Source: Coleofasciculus chthonoplastes F2-STO-03 (GTDB lineage Bacteria > Cyanobacteriota > Cyanobacteriia > Cyanobacteriales > Coleofasciculaceae). From it: DNA of 64,000 nucleotides. Within the stretch, counting starts at the first letter, position 1. Each line of letters begins with the position of its first letter. Shown here one piece after another: positions 39,597 to 49,845 of this stretch. The notes beneath the pieces are model-generated. The model was not told the origin of the DNA. It saw only the letters and a list, made by a program, of their open reading frames with translations, and searched no databases. The position numbers and the translations under genes are program-made. Where the stretch lies: NCBI GenBank assembly GCA_040222015.1, contig JAVJWO010000069.1, forward strand, positions 1 through 64,000, read 5' to 3'.

Positions 39597-41312
39597 TTAA
39601 AAGCCTAAATCGGCTTTGGCAGAATCGGCGGCGGCAAAAACTTCTTCATCTGACTTTTCATCCCAAGAGGGTTCGCCAATTTCTGTGTAGAATGTTTGAT
39701 CGTAGGGACGAGTTCGCACCACAACGGGCATGGGTACGGCATGTCCTAAAATTAATGCTTGTTGTTTGGAGTCTAGCTTGGCTAAAACCGATCGCAAACT
39801 TTGTCCCCCAGAAACTCCGGTGAAGATCGCCTCGATGTCTTTGTCATCATTCAGTAAACAGGTAATCCGGGTGCCAACCTGGGACATAACCTCATTATCA
39901 ATCCCCGATGGACGCTGATCGACAATCAGTAATGTAACGAAATATTTCCGCATCTCCCGGGCGATAATGCCAAAGATGGTTTGACGTACTGTGGCTGAAT
40001 CCATGAAACGGTGGGCTTCTTCAATCGTAATCACCAATGGGCGTGGGCGATCGCAGGGATTTTTGCTTTGCAGAAACTTCTCCGCCTTCCGCACATATTT
40101 ACCATGAATGCGGCGTGTCATCACATTCGTTGCCAACATATAGGACAACATATTCGATTGCGAACCAAACTCTACCACCACATGCTTCCCCGCATCTAAG
40201 GATTGTAAAATCTGGTCAATATAATTTTGAGGACAAGCACTTCGTATGTACTTTAACTCATCTAAACGCAGTAACTTGCGCTGTAATGCCATAATTGAGG
40301 ACTTATTTCCCCGCTTCTCATCGCAAAATATCTGAATATCTTCATTCGTCATATTCAGGAGTTGCGTAATCCAGGTTTTGCCAAACTCGTTGCGAAGAAT
40401 AATCGCATTTTCCAGACTCGCTTCAGATAGGTTTAACTCGCCTCGCACTAGGGAGATATCTTCGACTTCAATTTGATCGAAACCAAGATACAATTCCTGG
40501 GCGTCTCGAATCCCTCGGCGTTGGGTGGATTCGGGGTCAAGAGTGTACACTTGGACTTGATTGGGAAACAGTTGGCGTAATCCTTTGACGGTACTAAATT
40601 GTTTTCCCTCCGATACCGCTTCCCATCCATATTCGGAGTGCATATCGAAGATTAAATTAACCGCCGCTTGCTTGCGAATAATCCCGGATAATAATACGCG
40701 AGTCAGAAAGGATTTCCCGGTTCCCGATTTGCCAAACACGCCATTACTGCGTTCTACAAACCGATCCAGGTCTAAGCATATTGGCACCTCCATGTCAAGG
40801 GGTTGCCCCACAGAAAAATTCCGTCGATGGGGATCATCTTCCCAGCCAAAAACCGCCCGGAAATCCCGTTCACTGGCATCATAGACTTGGGAGAAATGAC
40901 TGGGAATTGTTTTCACCGGAAGTAATTCATCGTCACTGCTACTTTGAGGTTGAAATGACGCTAAAGGACTTTTGCCATTCAGGTTCAGGTTGGGTGTCTC
41001 CCGTTTTCCCTGGGTTGGCGTAAACATCAGCATCGGGGTTAAATTCACCGTCCCAAATGTGCCACTTCCGGCGAGAACCTCACGCAAAAAGTCATCATCG
41101 GGATGGGGGGGATTCGCCCAAATCCGCTGACTAGAGGTTCCTAGCGCCACATCCGTCAGCATACAGAAAAAGCGCGATCGCACCCCTTGAACCACCAGAA
41201 ACTTACCCACGCGCATATCTTCCACGGAGACATCCGCATTTAATCGCACTTCCAATCCGCCGGAAAGAGAACCTTGAATGACTGAACCTAAGGGTTTATC
41301 TACATCCATCAC
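39597..41312 (-). CDS. HerA-family ATPase (HAS barrel + DUF87)
   Basis: GKSGTGKS, IFDMHSEY, IEEAH, REMRKY, DQRPS. Confidence 0.88.
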   Translation of the reverse strand: MMDVDKPLGSVIQGSLSGGLEVRLNADVSVEDMRVGKFLVVQGVRSRFFCMLTDVALGTSSQRIWANPPHPDDDFLREVLAGSGTFGTVNLTPMLMFTPTQGKRETPNLNLNGKSPLASFQPQSSSDDELLPVKTIPSHFSQVYDASERDFRAVFGWEDDPHRRNFSVGQPLDMEVPICLDLDRFVERSNGVFGKSGTGKSFLTRVLLSGIIRKQAAVNLIFDMHSEYGWEAVSEGKQFSTVKGLRQLFPNQVQVYTLDPESTQRRGIRDAQELYLGFDQIEVEDISLVRGELNLSEASLENAIILRNEFGKTWITQLLNMTNEDIQIFCDEKRGNKSSIMALQRKLLRLDELKYIRSACPQNYIDQILQSLDAGKHVVVEFGSQSNMLSYMLATNVMTRRIHGKYVRKAEKFLQSKNPCDRPRPLVITIEEAHRFMDSATVRQTIFGIIAREMRKYFVTLLIVDQRPSGIDNEVMSQVGTRITCLLNDDKDIEAIFTGVSGGQSLRSVLAKLDSKQQALILGHAVPMPVVVRTRPYDQTFYTEIGEPSWDEKSDEEVFAAADSAKADLGF

Positions 41313-41537
41313 TGCTAGGGTTTGAACGAAGCCAAGCCTATCTTATCGTTCTCTTCTGGGTTATTGGGCATTTTGCCTCGATTCAAGTGTTCAATTAGCC
41401 ATTGATGAGGGCTTAATTGTTGGCTTCACCCTCATTGCCAAGTGCTAGATTATCTACTCATTCCCTAATTAAAACAAATCTAATGAATCAGTAATATTTG
41501 TGATCGATTGGGAAAATCAGCGCTGATAAAATTCCCA

Positions 41538-42875
41538 CTATCGGGATTGATGATGAGAGTTTAACTGCAAACCCATCCCTTCTCTACGACTGCGGATATC
41601 GTAGTACATAGCCGCTTTAATGGTTTGCCCTAAAGGAAGAAAAAGCGCACTGCTAGCCAAGTTTAATCCTAAAACCACAATAGTGTATAGAAACTCAGGT
41701 AGAATATTTCCCAGCGTCCATTCAAGGAGTAACCTGATCATTCCAACACCTAAGTATAGGGGGATGAAGAGCAAAAAGGCAACAAAGCAAATCAGAATTA
41801 TTCGCCCGACATATCCTTGAGTTAATTGACAACTTCGACCAATGGATGACCCCGCATTCACATTATCTTCAATGGCTATGGGCATTTCAGTAATTGATAA
41901 GCGTACACTCAGCCAAATGTAGGCTACGGGAAATACTAATCCCAGCAAAACGCCCACCAAAATACCTAACTCTCCGAGCACGCAGGTCAGGATCAAGAAG
42001 ATCAAGAAAAGGATACAAGCGCCGAGGACTGTCCTCCCTAACACGATCAGAAACACTAAGACAGAAACCCCTAAAAAACTCCACATTCGAGGATTGATAT
42101 AGCGACGTGCCTGAGTAACTGTTTCCGGGCGTTCAATTATTTCATGGAAGGCAAGACGTGATAGTAATCCTGTCATAGCTGAGAATTTAGCCCAACCATA
42201 AATAGGAATGATTATCCATGGATAACCCTTAAGCGCAATCAGATAATAGACCTGAAAATGATCGAGGTAAACACGCAACCCTGCTCTGATAATGTTACCC
42301 ACACTCAAGGGTTTCATGGGTTGGCGAGGTTGGGAACGGATGGAGTGAGTGCTACGGTGTGAGGCATGATCCCTTGGTTGTTGAGTCTTTGAGGATGTAT
42401 ATCCTCCAGCAACATGACGAGGAACTTGGGCAAAATTTGAACCTGGTGGTGGTTCTGAAACAGAGGGTTTAATATCATCAACATCCGAGGATATATCGTT
42501 TTCCACCGCAACATCTTCAGGAGTTTGATGTAGATTGAAATCGGGATCTGAATGGTGAACGTCTGCGACTTGAGGAGGTGAGGATTCTATATCAAAGCTT
42601 TGATTCCAAGCAAAAGAGTCTTGTCCTTTCTGACGCCCATAAACTTGCACCGTTTTAATCGTCTCAACGCCTAGCTTGGTTAAACCCTGACGAATAAAAG
42701 AAACCATCGCCTTTTGGTTGGGAACTTGCGCTGATTCCACAAAGACTTGCAAACAATCGTCTTTGCGATTAACCTGGGCGATGATGTGCTTGGCTCGCAG
42801 CGAGCGGTTAATCATTGCCGCAATTGCTTTAGGATTACCTTGTTTAGCGAGCTTTAACGTGTTTGGCTCAGCCAT
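41538..42875 (-). CDS. Membrane protein with cyanobacterial LAKQGNPKAIA N-domain
   Basis: Soluble N-domain, disordered linker, multi-TM C-domain ending YYDIRSRREG. Confidence 0.75.
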   Translation of the reverse strand: MAEPNTLKLAKQGNPKAIAAMINRSLRAKHIIAQVNRKDDCLQVFVESAQVPNQKAMVSFIRQGLTKLGVETIKTVQVYGRQKGQDSFAWNQSFDIESSPPQVADVHHSDPDFNLHQTPEDVAVENDISSDVDDIKPSVSEPPPGSNFAQVPRHVAGGYTSSKTQQPRDHASHRSTHSIRSQPRQPMKPLSVGNIIRAGLRVYLDHFQVYYLIALKGYPWIIIPIYGWAKFSAMTGLLSRLAFHEIIERPETVTQARRYINPRMWSFLGVSVLVFLIVLGRTVLGACILFLIFLILTCVLGELGILVGVLLGLVFPVAYIWLSVRLSITEMPIAIEDNVNAGSSIGRSCQLTQGYVGRIILICFVAFLLFIPLYLGVGMIRLLLEWTLGNILPEFLYTIVVLGLNLASSALFLPLGQTIKAAMYYDIRSRREGMGLQLNSHHQSR

Positions 42876-43170
42876 AGCCCTGTCTCCAATTGGGGTACGT
42901 TCAGATTAGAGCGAAGTTATCAGCAGACACCAAATAACCTTCACAAGTGACTCTAAAATTCGCGGCTGCTTTTACGCAAAATACCCCGTTTTGTGAGATT
43001 TATTTACATTTCCCAATAAAACGTCAGGTAAATAGACTTGCCGATTTCTGGCTACAGATGTTAATGAAACAGGAAATCTGGACTTCAAGATTAGAATTGA
43101 AATCCGAGTAAATTCCAGTACGCCAACACCCCACCGTAATGGTTTGAACGCTCAAACCCCTCAAAAATCC

Positions 43171-43311
43171 TACATAAGTAGCACTTGCAAAAATACCGCG
43201 TTGGCGGAGCCTGTTCCGGAGAGAACGTATCGCGGTATTTTTGCAATATGACAATCTTATCGGTTGAAACCCACGCTCTCATCTTGGTTGAGCACGATTT
43301 TACATAAGTAG
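43171..43311. repeat. 16-bp inverted repeat between TACATAAGTAG direct repeats (MITE-like)
   Basis: TTGCAAAAATACCGCG...CGCGGTATTTTTGCAA. Confidence 0.55.
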
Positions 43312-43394
43312 GGCGCGTCAAAAATCGCGCCAAGCCGCACGGTGAGGCAGTGCAAGTTTTTGGCTGGGGGAACTTCCGTTTAAGCTTGTCAGCC

Positions 43395-43504
43395 TACTGG
43401 CGTGGCACACCTTCATTGGTGGATTTGCATTGTAGGGGCGCACGGCGTGCGCCCGGTTTAAAGCTCAAATCTATTCCACAATTTTAGCTGTGTCACGCCA
43501 CTAC
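43395..43504. mobile_element. MITE with TACTGGCGTGGCACA / TGTGTCACGCCACTA ends, carrying a REP
   Basis: Imperfect TIRs; internal GTAGGGGCGCACGGCGTGCGCCC. Confidence 0.65.
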
Positions 43505-43527
43505 TACGGTATATCAAAGGGAGAATG

Positions 43528-43749
43528 TCAAACCACTTCTAACTCATCTTCCCGGAAGTGACCGCGAAACTTTTTATCAAATTTAACCTGAATCGGTAAG
43601 TTAGCGCTCACGGGTCGCCCTTGCCATTCTGTAACGATAGCAATGACTTCGCCTTCGATACCCTTGATATCAAACGCCTCATTGCGGTGGGCAGGATTGT
43701 GGTAAACAATAACAGATGTCTTAACTCGAACGCGATCGCCAACTTTCAT
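43528..43749 (-). CDS. ftrV: Ferredoxin-thioredoxin reductase variable chain
   Basis: MKVGDRVRVK.SV.VYH.P.HR, WQGRPVSANLP. Confidence 0.92.
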   Translation of the reverse strand: MKVGDRVRVKTSVIVYHNPAHRNEAFDIKGIEGEVIAIVTEWQGRPVSANLPIQVKFDKKFRGHFREDELEVV

Positions 43750-43932
43750 AAAAAGATCGTTTTCTCTCCAACAGCCTACATCTTGCCAGAAATTACTCTG
43801 GCAATCCTAAACCATTCTTACACAGCAAGGTTCTTTCCTAGAGATTAGTTTGGCAACTGATCAAAAACGGTGCTGATTTTCCAACACCGTTTCCAGACCT
43901 GTAGCCACCTCAACCGCAGCCAATTCTTATGT

Positions 43933-45012
43933 TTACGCCGCCACAGATGCTTGAGGACGAGCAAAAATCATCCGTCCAGCAGATGTCTGTAAAGCCGAAG
44001 TGACCACAACTCGCATTTCAGCGCCAAGGTGGTTACGTCCTTCTTCCACAACCACCATCGTGCCATCGTCTAGATAACCTACGCCTTGAGAGGGTTCTTT
44101 CCCCTCCTTGAGGATTTTCAGTTCCAGGCTATCACCCGGCAGATAAATTGGACGTACAGCGTGAGCTAGGTCATTGACATTGAGTACCGGGACTTTTTGC
44201 AAATTAGCCACTTTACTCAGATTGTAGTCATTCGTCAAAAGCGTGCCATTAATTTCCTGAGTCAACCGAACCAATTTGGCATCCACCGTCTGAATATCCT
44301 CATAATCAGCCGGGTGAATAATCAGGCGTTCCGGATAAGCGGTTTGCATGGCTTTGAGAATATCCAACCCACGCCGTCCCCGAATCCGCTTTTGATCATT
44401 CGCTGCATCGGCTAACTGCTGTAACTCTTGCAATACAAACTGGGGGATGAGGAGTTGACCCTCGACAAACCCTGTATTCAACAGTTCCTCAATGCGACCA
44501 TCGATAATACAACTCGTGTCCAGTACCTTACTCGCCGCTGGTTTGAGCGTCCCTTCTGCTACCAACATCGTGTCCAAGCTGTTTGGATTAATCAGTCGCA
44601 AAAAAGTCCGACCGTGGGTATCTGCCAGACTGATTCCCAGAAAGGCAAACATCACACTGCCCAAAATTGCCGCCAGGGGCTTGATAAAGGCAAACTCAGA
44701 GGGAAAAGGTAGGAAGAAAATCGGGGCTAGCATTAAATTCGCTAACAGCAGCCCCAACACCAAACCGACTGCCCGGGTTAAAATTACCTCAATTGGCAGT
44801 TGGCGTACCTGCTTTTCCAAACGACGGTAGGTCACCTGCACCGTTAACCCAACCGCAAAACCGATAATGGCGGTAAAACTGGCTAAAATCCAGCGCAGCG
44901 CCTCCAGATTGGTAATCTGTTCTTGCACGGAAGGCGGAAGCAGTTCAACAATGTCGAACCCTACACCTGCTCCTCCTAGGATGAATAAAAGAATAATGAC
45001 AAAATCAAGCAT
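43933..45012 (-). CDS. PIN/TRAM domain membrane protein
   Basis: LDTSCIIDGRI, RGRRGLDIL, GVGYLDDGTMVVVE. Confidence 0.92.
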   Translation of the reverse strand: MLDFVIILLFILGGAGVGFDIVELLPPSVQEQITNLEALRWILASFTAIIGFAVGLTVQVTYRRLEKQVRQLPIEVILTRAVGLVLGLLLANLMLAPIFFLPFPSEFAFIKPLAAILGSVMFAFLGISLADTHGRTFLRLINPNSLDTMLVAEGTLKPAASKVLDTSCIIDGRIEELLNTGFVEGQLLIPQFVLQELQQLADAANDQKRIRGRRGLDILKAMQTAYPERLIIHPADYEDIQTVDAKLVRLTQEINGTLLTNDYNLSKVANLQKVPVLNVNDLAHAVRPIYLPGDSLELKILKEGKEPSQGVGYLDDGTMVVVEEGRNHLGAEMRVVVTSALQTSAGRMIFARPQASVAA

Positions 45013-45225
45013 GGTTCCAATCCAAGTGGTTTATCTGGCAAATCTTTCGATTCTATTCAAGATTTATAATGATAGAGGTTAATCACGTTTATTATATCTT
45101 TCCCTCCATTTTGTTTTCCTATACCTATCGGCTTAGCTCAAAACGTAATCTTGTTGAGTTTATTTCCATTAATCTACTACTTGTTAATCAAATGTTAAGA
45201 ATTATTCCCTAATTTTCCGCCTATT

Positions 45226-46488
45226 ATGTTAAATTTTTCAAACAAATCTGAGAAAATCATCGAGATGGGAATTGCCCATTCCGCCTACATCCATATCCCC
45301 TTCTGCCGACGCCGCTGCTACTACTGTGACTTTCCTGTATCTGTAGTCGGCGATAAAGCCAGGGGTAGCACGTCCGGCACGATTGAGGAATATGTTGAGG
45401 TCTTAGCTCAAGAAATTCAAACAACACCAGCCTCGACTTGTTCTCTCTCAACCATTTTCTTTGGTGGTGGCACCCCCTCTCTGTTATCCACTCAACAGTT
45501 AAACCGCATTCTGGATACCTTAGCACAGCAGTTTGGCATAGCTACCGATGCTGAGATTTCCATGGAAATAGACCCAGGCACATTCGACCTGTCGCAGATC
45601 AAAGGATACCAGGATGCGGGCGTGAATCGAGTGAGCCTGGGAGTTCAAGCCTTTCAGGATGAACTGTTGGGCATTTGTGGGCGATCGCACCAGCTTAATC
45701 ATATCTTCACCGCTGTCGAGTTGCTCCGCCAAGTAGAGGTTCCCGACTGGAGTTTAGATTTGATTTCTGGATTGCCAACTCAAACCTTAGAACAGTGGCA
45801 GGAATCCTTGAGATCCGCCATTCAGCTTACCCCTACCCATATCTCATGCTATGACCTGACTATAGAACCCGTTACCGCCTTTGGACGACAGTACAGCCCC
45901 GGAATTTCTCCCTTACCGACTGACGAGACAACCGCTCAAATGTACCGCCTTGCCCAGACGCTCCTCACTGATGCCGGGTATGAACATTATGAGATATCCA
46001 ACTATGCTTTACCCACTCACCAATGCCGACATAATCGGGTGTATTGGGAAAACCATCCTTTTTATGGGTTTGGTATGGGGGCTGCTAGTTATGTCCAGGG
46101 GCGGCGGTTTACTCGCCCCCGCACTCGGCGAGAGTATTATACTTGGGTACAACAGTTCATTGAAGCGAATGGGATCTGGGAAAGTCCAGAACTCTCGGAC
46201 GTGGATATTTTGTTAGAAACTCTGATGCTAGGACTACGCTTGGCAGAAGGTGTGAGTCTATCTACACTGGTGCGGCAGTTTGGCGAGAAGACTCTCGAAC
46301 AGATTGGGACAACGTTGCAGCCCTACTACCAGCAAGGTTGGGTAGAAGTTGTAGAACGAGATGGAAAAGTCTGGGATTGGCACAATGCCCAGAAACTACC
46401 GATGACTGGGCGGCTGAGATTAAGTGATCCAGACGGGTTTTTGTTTTCTAATCAGATTCTGGCTGATTTGTTTAGTCGCTGTATGTGA
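45226..46488 (+). CDS. hemW: Radical SAM heme chaperone
   Basis: YIHIPFCRRRCYYCDF, GGGTPS, HYEISNY, HN..YW; start may be 45265. Confidence 0.88.
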   Translation: MLNFSNKSEKIIEMGIAHSAYIHIPFCRRRCYYCDFPVSVVGDKARGSTSGTIEEYVEVLAQEIQTTPASTCSLSTIFFGGGTPSLLSTQQLNRILDTLAQQFGIATDAEISMEIDPGTFDLSQIKGYQDAGVNRVSLGVQAFQDELLGICGRSHQLNHIFTAVELLRQVEVPDWSLDLISGLPTQTLEQWQESLRSAIQLTPTHISCYDLTIEPVTAFGRQYSPGISPLPTDETTAQMYRLAQTLLTDAGYEHYEISNYALPTHQCRHNRVYWENHPFYGFGMGAASYVQGRRFTRPRTRREYYTWVQQFIEANGIWESPELSDVDILLETLMLGLRLAEGVSLSTLVRQFGEKTLEQIGTTLQPYYQQGWVEVVERDGKVWDWHNAQKLPMTGRLRLSDPDGFLFSNQILADLFSRCM

Positions 46489-46541
46489 CCCAAATGCTCA
46501 ACGTTAAACGCCCGACTGTCAATCCTCCCCAATAGAGAGAA

Positions 46542-46625
46542 AGGACACATTATTTATGTAGAGACGCGCCATGGCGCGTCTCTACAATGGTGCCGAACGT
46601 CCTAATCGATGTGTCTATTGCTATA
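46542..46625. mobile_element. Partial MITE copy
   Basis: Matches 22913-22996, ends TGCTATA. Confidence 0.8.
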
Positions 46626-46659
46626 AGCGCCACTCCAGGTACCGATCGCACTCTCTAAT

Positions 46660-47716
46660 CCTTACCCGAAAGCGCCACAATTACAGGCTTGTGGCTTGGG
46701 GACACCGATAAGCGATCGCAAAGTTTTCCATTTAAAGTTTCACCACGGGGGGCGGCGCAAAAGGTTTACAATTCTCAGGTGAGGCGATCGCGACCCGTTG
46801 ATCCAGCGTTACTCGAACAGGTGGGACCCCGCCTTTATCGCCTCAGAGCCTTCCCAGTTCCGCCCAAATTATCATTTCGGGAACAAAGAAATTCAACGGA
46901 ACGACCCACGCAAATGCATCTGTGGTTAACTTATAACGTGATGCGACAAGCACAGGGATGGGCGCTGCCTCGATTAGCAGAGAAACGGAATATCTTCTGG
47001 ACAAAGGACACCCAACGCTTGGGAAATGGAGGCGCGATCGCAACGTCTGAAGATGAGTGGCTTATGATGGTATTTTACTGGTAACGGATGAGGGGAGTTA
47101 TGAATTATCCGAGGACAGTAAAGATGGGCTAGACATGCCTGCACCGTTATGGATGGTGCATCTGGGGGCATTACCACCCGCTTATGATGATGCGACCTTA
47201 CAAGCGATTCAAGATAGTGGGGGTGGTGTGTCTACAGAACTTCCAGAGGTCTTGCAGCGACTGGCAACAAAGGCAGCATTAGCCCCATCGGTGGTGAGTG
47301 TTGTGGATGGCTATGCTTGGTCGATGGTAAAAACTCCCAGTGAAATCACGACTAACAAAGGTTTTGAGCCATTAGCCGCCAGACAACTCGTCAAAGGATT
47401 GAGTCAACAGATAAAGGGAGATCAACTGGCTCAACTGGATGCCATTCATGCGATCGCCAAAACCCATAAATTGGTGACGCCCTATTCGTCAATGATTGTC
47501 CTCGTCAATGATGAGCAGCGAGAGGCACTCAAGAAAGCCGAAGCCGAAAATGATCGTTTTGACCGTAAGGTGGAAGACGGAAAAGAACAGCTCCCTCAGC
47601 CGAACAATGCTAATTCCGTCAGCGTGTCCGAACCTGGTATGGTCATGGATCTGTTAGCGATCGCGCTGATCCTATGCCTCAAACGTCAGCAAGGATTCAA
47701 TCAGAGGGCATCCTAA
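46660..47716 (+). pseudogene. 3' remnant of a PEP-CTERM integral membrane protein (TIGR02921-like), in two frames
   Basis: LPESATITGLWLG, SPRGAAQKVY, DPALLEQVGP, then VTPYSSMIVLVN and a degenerate VSEP-TM-KR tail. Confidence 0.7.
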
Positions 47717-47877
47717 AGGTTCAACATCAATCACTTGATAGGTGGCGGCAAATTTTCTCTCCTCACCTAGAAATCCGGAGTCATTGGCGATATTGGCGTA
47801 TCCAGTATATAGTTTTAGCGATCAGCTTACCTTCATGCGGACATACCAGGGAGCTGAGAATCAAACTCGTGACGCAG

Positions 47878-48273
47878 ATGGATCAAGATGAAATTAAACG
47901 ATTAGGAGCTTCCCTCAGACAGATCGATCCAGGGATATTAAGCCCAGCGAAAGAGGGGATTACCAAAGTTTGGTATCAAGGAGGCGAACCTTATTTTGAC
48001 GTAGTGGTAGAACTTCGCCACGGCGAAATTGAGTGGTTTCAATTTACCTTGCGGGGTAAATCGCTCTCCTGGAAACCGGGGTTTTCGGGTTTACAAACGG
48101 GAAAAACGAATGAGTTAGACACTAATGACCTGACGTTTCATCCAGCTACTAAACTGGTTGAACAAAACAACAAACAAGATCATAAGTTTATTGAATTAGC
48201 TCACGCTATTCTAAAAAATCGCGCCAATGAATCTCTGTTCAAGCAAATTCTGACATTGTTCAATTCGGCTTAA
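47878..48273 (+). CDS. Hypothetical protein
   Basis: WYQGGEPYFD, WFQFTLRG; ATG start chosen. Confidence 0.65.
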   Translation: MDQDEIKRLGASLRQIDPGILSPAKEGITKVWYQGGEPYFDVVVELRHGEIEWFQFTLRGKSLSWKPGFSGLQTGKTNELDTNDLTFHPATKLVEQNNKQDHKFIELAHAILKNRANESLFKQILTLFNSA

Positions 48274-48395
48274 AGCGTTGGCTAAAGTGGAATCAGCTAA
48301 AGTTTAACACTGACATCCTCCCATTGCCTGTTGTCGATTGCTTATTTCTGTAATAATGACGATCTGTGTAATGTAATTAGGAAGGAGGGGGCTGT

Positions 48396-49352
48396 ATGGC
48401 TGGTAGTCAGGTTGATGCCGATTTGTGGATAAGCGAATATATCACGCCTTGGGATATCTATTGTCACGGGATTACCAAGGTTTTGGCTTACAAAAAAACA
48501 GCCTATCAGGAAATGTATATTGTGGAAACAGGAGCCTATGGTAAAGCCTTGGTTTTAGACGGCAAATGGCAGTCCTGTACAGGGGATGAGTTTATTTATC
48601 ATGAAACCCTGGTTCATCCGGCGATGATTATTCATCCTAATCCGCGCAAGGTTCTGGTATTGGGCGGGGGTGAAGGGGCAACAGTGCGGGAAATCCTACG
48701 TTGGAAAACCGTTGAGCAGGTAATGATGGTGGATATTGATGGTGAGGTTGTGGAGGCTTGCCGACAACACTTGCCAGAAATGCATCAAAATGCCTTTGAT
48801 GATCCTCGAACTCAACTGGTGATTGGTGACGCTCTAGACATTTTAGACAACATGGAGCAACAGTGGGATATTGTCATCTCCGATCTGTCTGATCCGATTG
48901 AAGAAGGACCATCTTATAAACTGTTTACCAAAGAGTTTTTTGAGAAAGTTCAGCGCCTTCTCACACCCAATGGGTTTTTAGTCCTGCAAGCTGGACCTGT
49001 TGCACCTGTTACCGTCAAAGCCCATGCTCGTCTAGTTAACACTCTAAACTCCGTTTTTCCCCATATACATTCCTATTGTTGCTTTACCCCTACCTACGGT
49101 GAACCCTGGGGATTTGCGATCGCGTCTGCCCAAGCCATTGATTCTCAACCCAATCCGGCTACCGTTGACCAACACCTGCAAGACAAGACAACGGGCGGCT
49201 TGCGCCTAATCGACGGTGTGGCGTTATTAGGACTGTTACAAACCCCTGCCTATGTCCGTCGTGCGATCGCAAAGGAAACTCAAGTCTATACCTTAAACGA
49301 ACCGCCAAAATTCTTTGGCAAGGGGGCATTGAATCAATCCCCTCAATCGTGA
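48396..49352 (+). CDS. speE: Spermidine synthase / polyamine aminopropyltransferase
   Basis: LVLDGKWQS, DEFIYHE, LGGGEGA, VDIDGEVV, DLSDP. Confidence 0.92.
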   Translation: MAGSQVDADLWISEYITPWDIYCHGITKVLAYKKTAYQEMYIVETGAYGKALVLDGKWQSCTGDEFIYHETLVHPAMIIHPNPRKVLVLGGGEGATVREILRWKTVEQVMMVDIDGEVVEACRQHLPEMHQNAFDDPRTQLVIGDALDILDNMEQQWDIVISDLSDPIEEGPSYKLFTKEFFEKVQRLLTPNGFLVLQAGPVAPVTVKAHARLVNTLNSVFPHIHSYCCFTPTYGEPWGFAIASAQAIDSQPNPATVDQHLQDKTTGGLRLIDGVALLGLLQTPAYVRRAIAKETQVYTLNEPPKFFGKGALNQSPQS

Positions 49353-49845
49353 TCGACTGCCTGAGAATACCGACCTGATACCGAGTTGCGCTTAAACGTA
49401 GTGGATAGCAAGAGCTGGGGAAACTAGGGGAGTGGGTGAAGCGGGGGGAGAGAATGTTATATCTTTGGTCGCAACTTGGCATGACTCACGAGAGCATGAT
49501 GTAACAATTTGTTACAATAAATGTAACGATTTATTGCAGTCTTAAAAAAAATAGACAGAAAAAAGGAAGACAACAGCGTAAAATTGCCAGTAAAACCAAG
49601 TAACTGAAGTTCTCAAGACTTCCAGGGTGCGACTCTCATAAAAATTCCTCCGTTGCGGGAAACCCCCTGTATGCGAGACCGGGGAGTGTCAAATTTACTA
49701 GCTGATGCTCCTCCTTGGTAGGTGGATAGCTGTCATAGCTATCGAATAGCCAAATATCATAACCAAGCCAACCTGTCAAGCCTGATTGAATCAGTAACCA
49801 TCCCCGTAATTCTGCCCAGCTACGCCGATCTTCACCCCAGAGACA

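Noticed and set aside
39597..41312. HerA as part of a Sir2-HerA or other defence system
   Set aside because: HIP1-containing, core-like cyanobacterial HerA with no Sir2 or NurA partner adjacent.
49500..49516. NtcA box in TGTAACAATTTGTTACA
   Set aside because: Spacer is GTA-N9-TAC, not N8; a real palindrome, but the factor is unassigned.
49640..49760. Riboswitch upstream of the CBS kinase
   Set aside because: Some hairpins, but no match to c-di-GMP, c-di-AMP or glutamine consensus that I could recognise.
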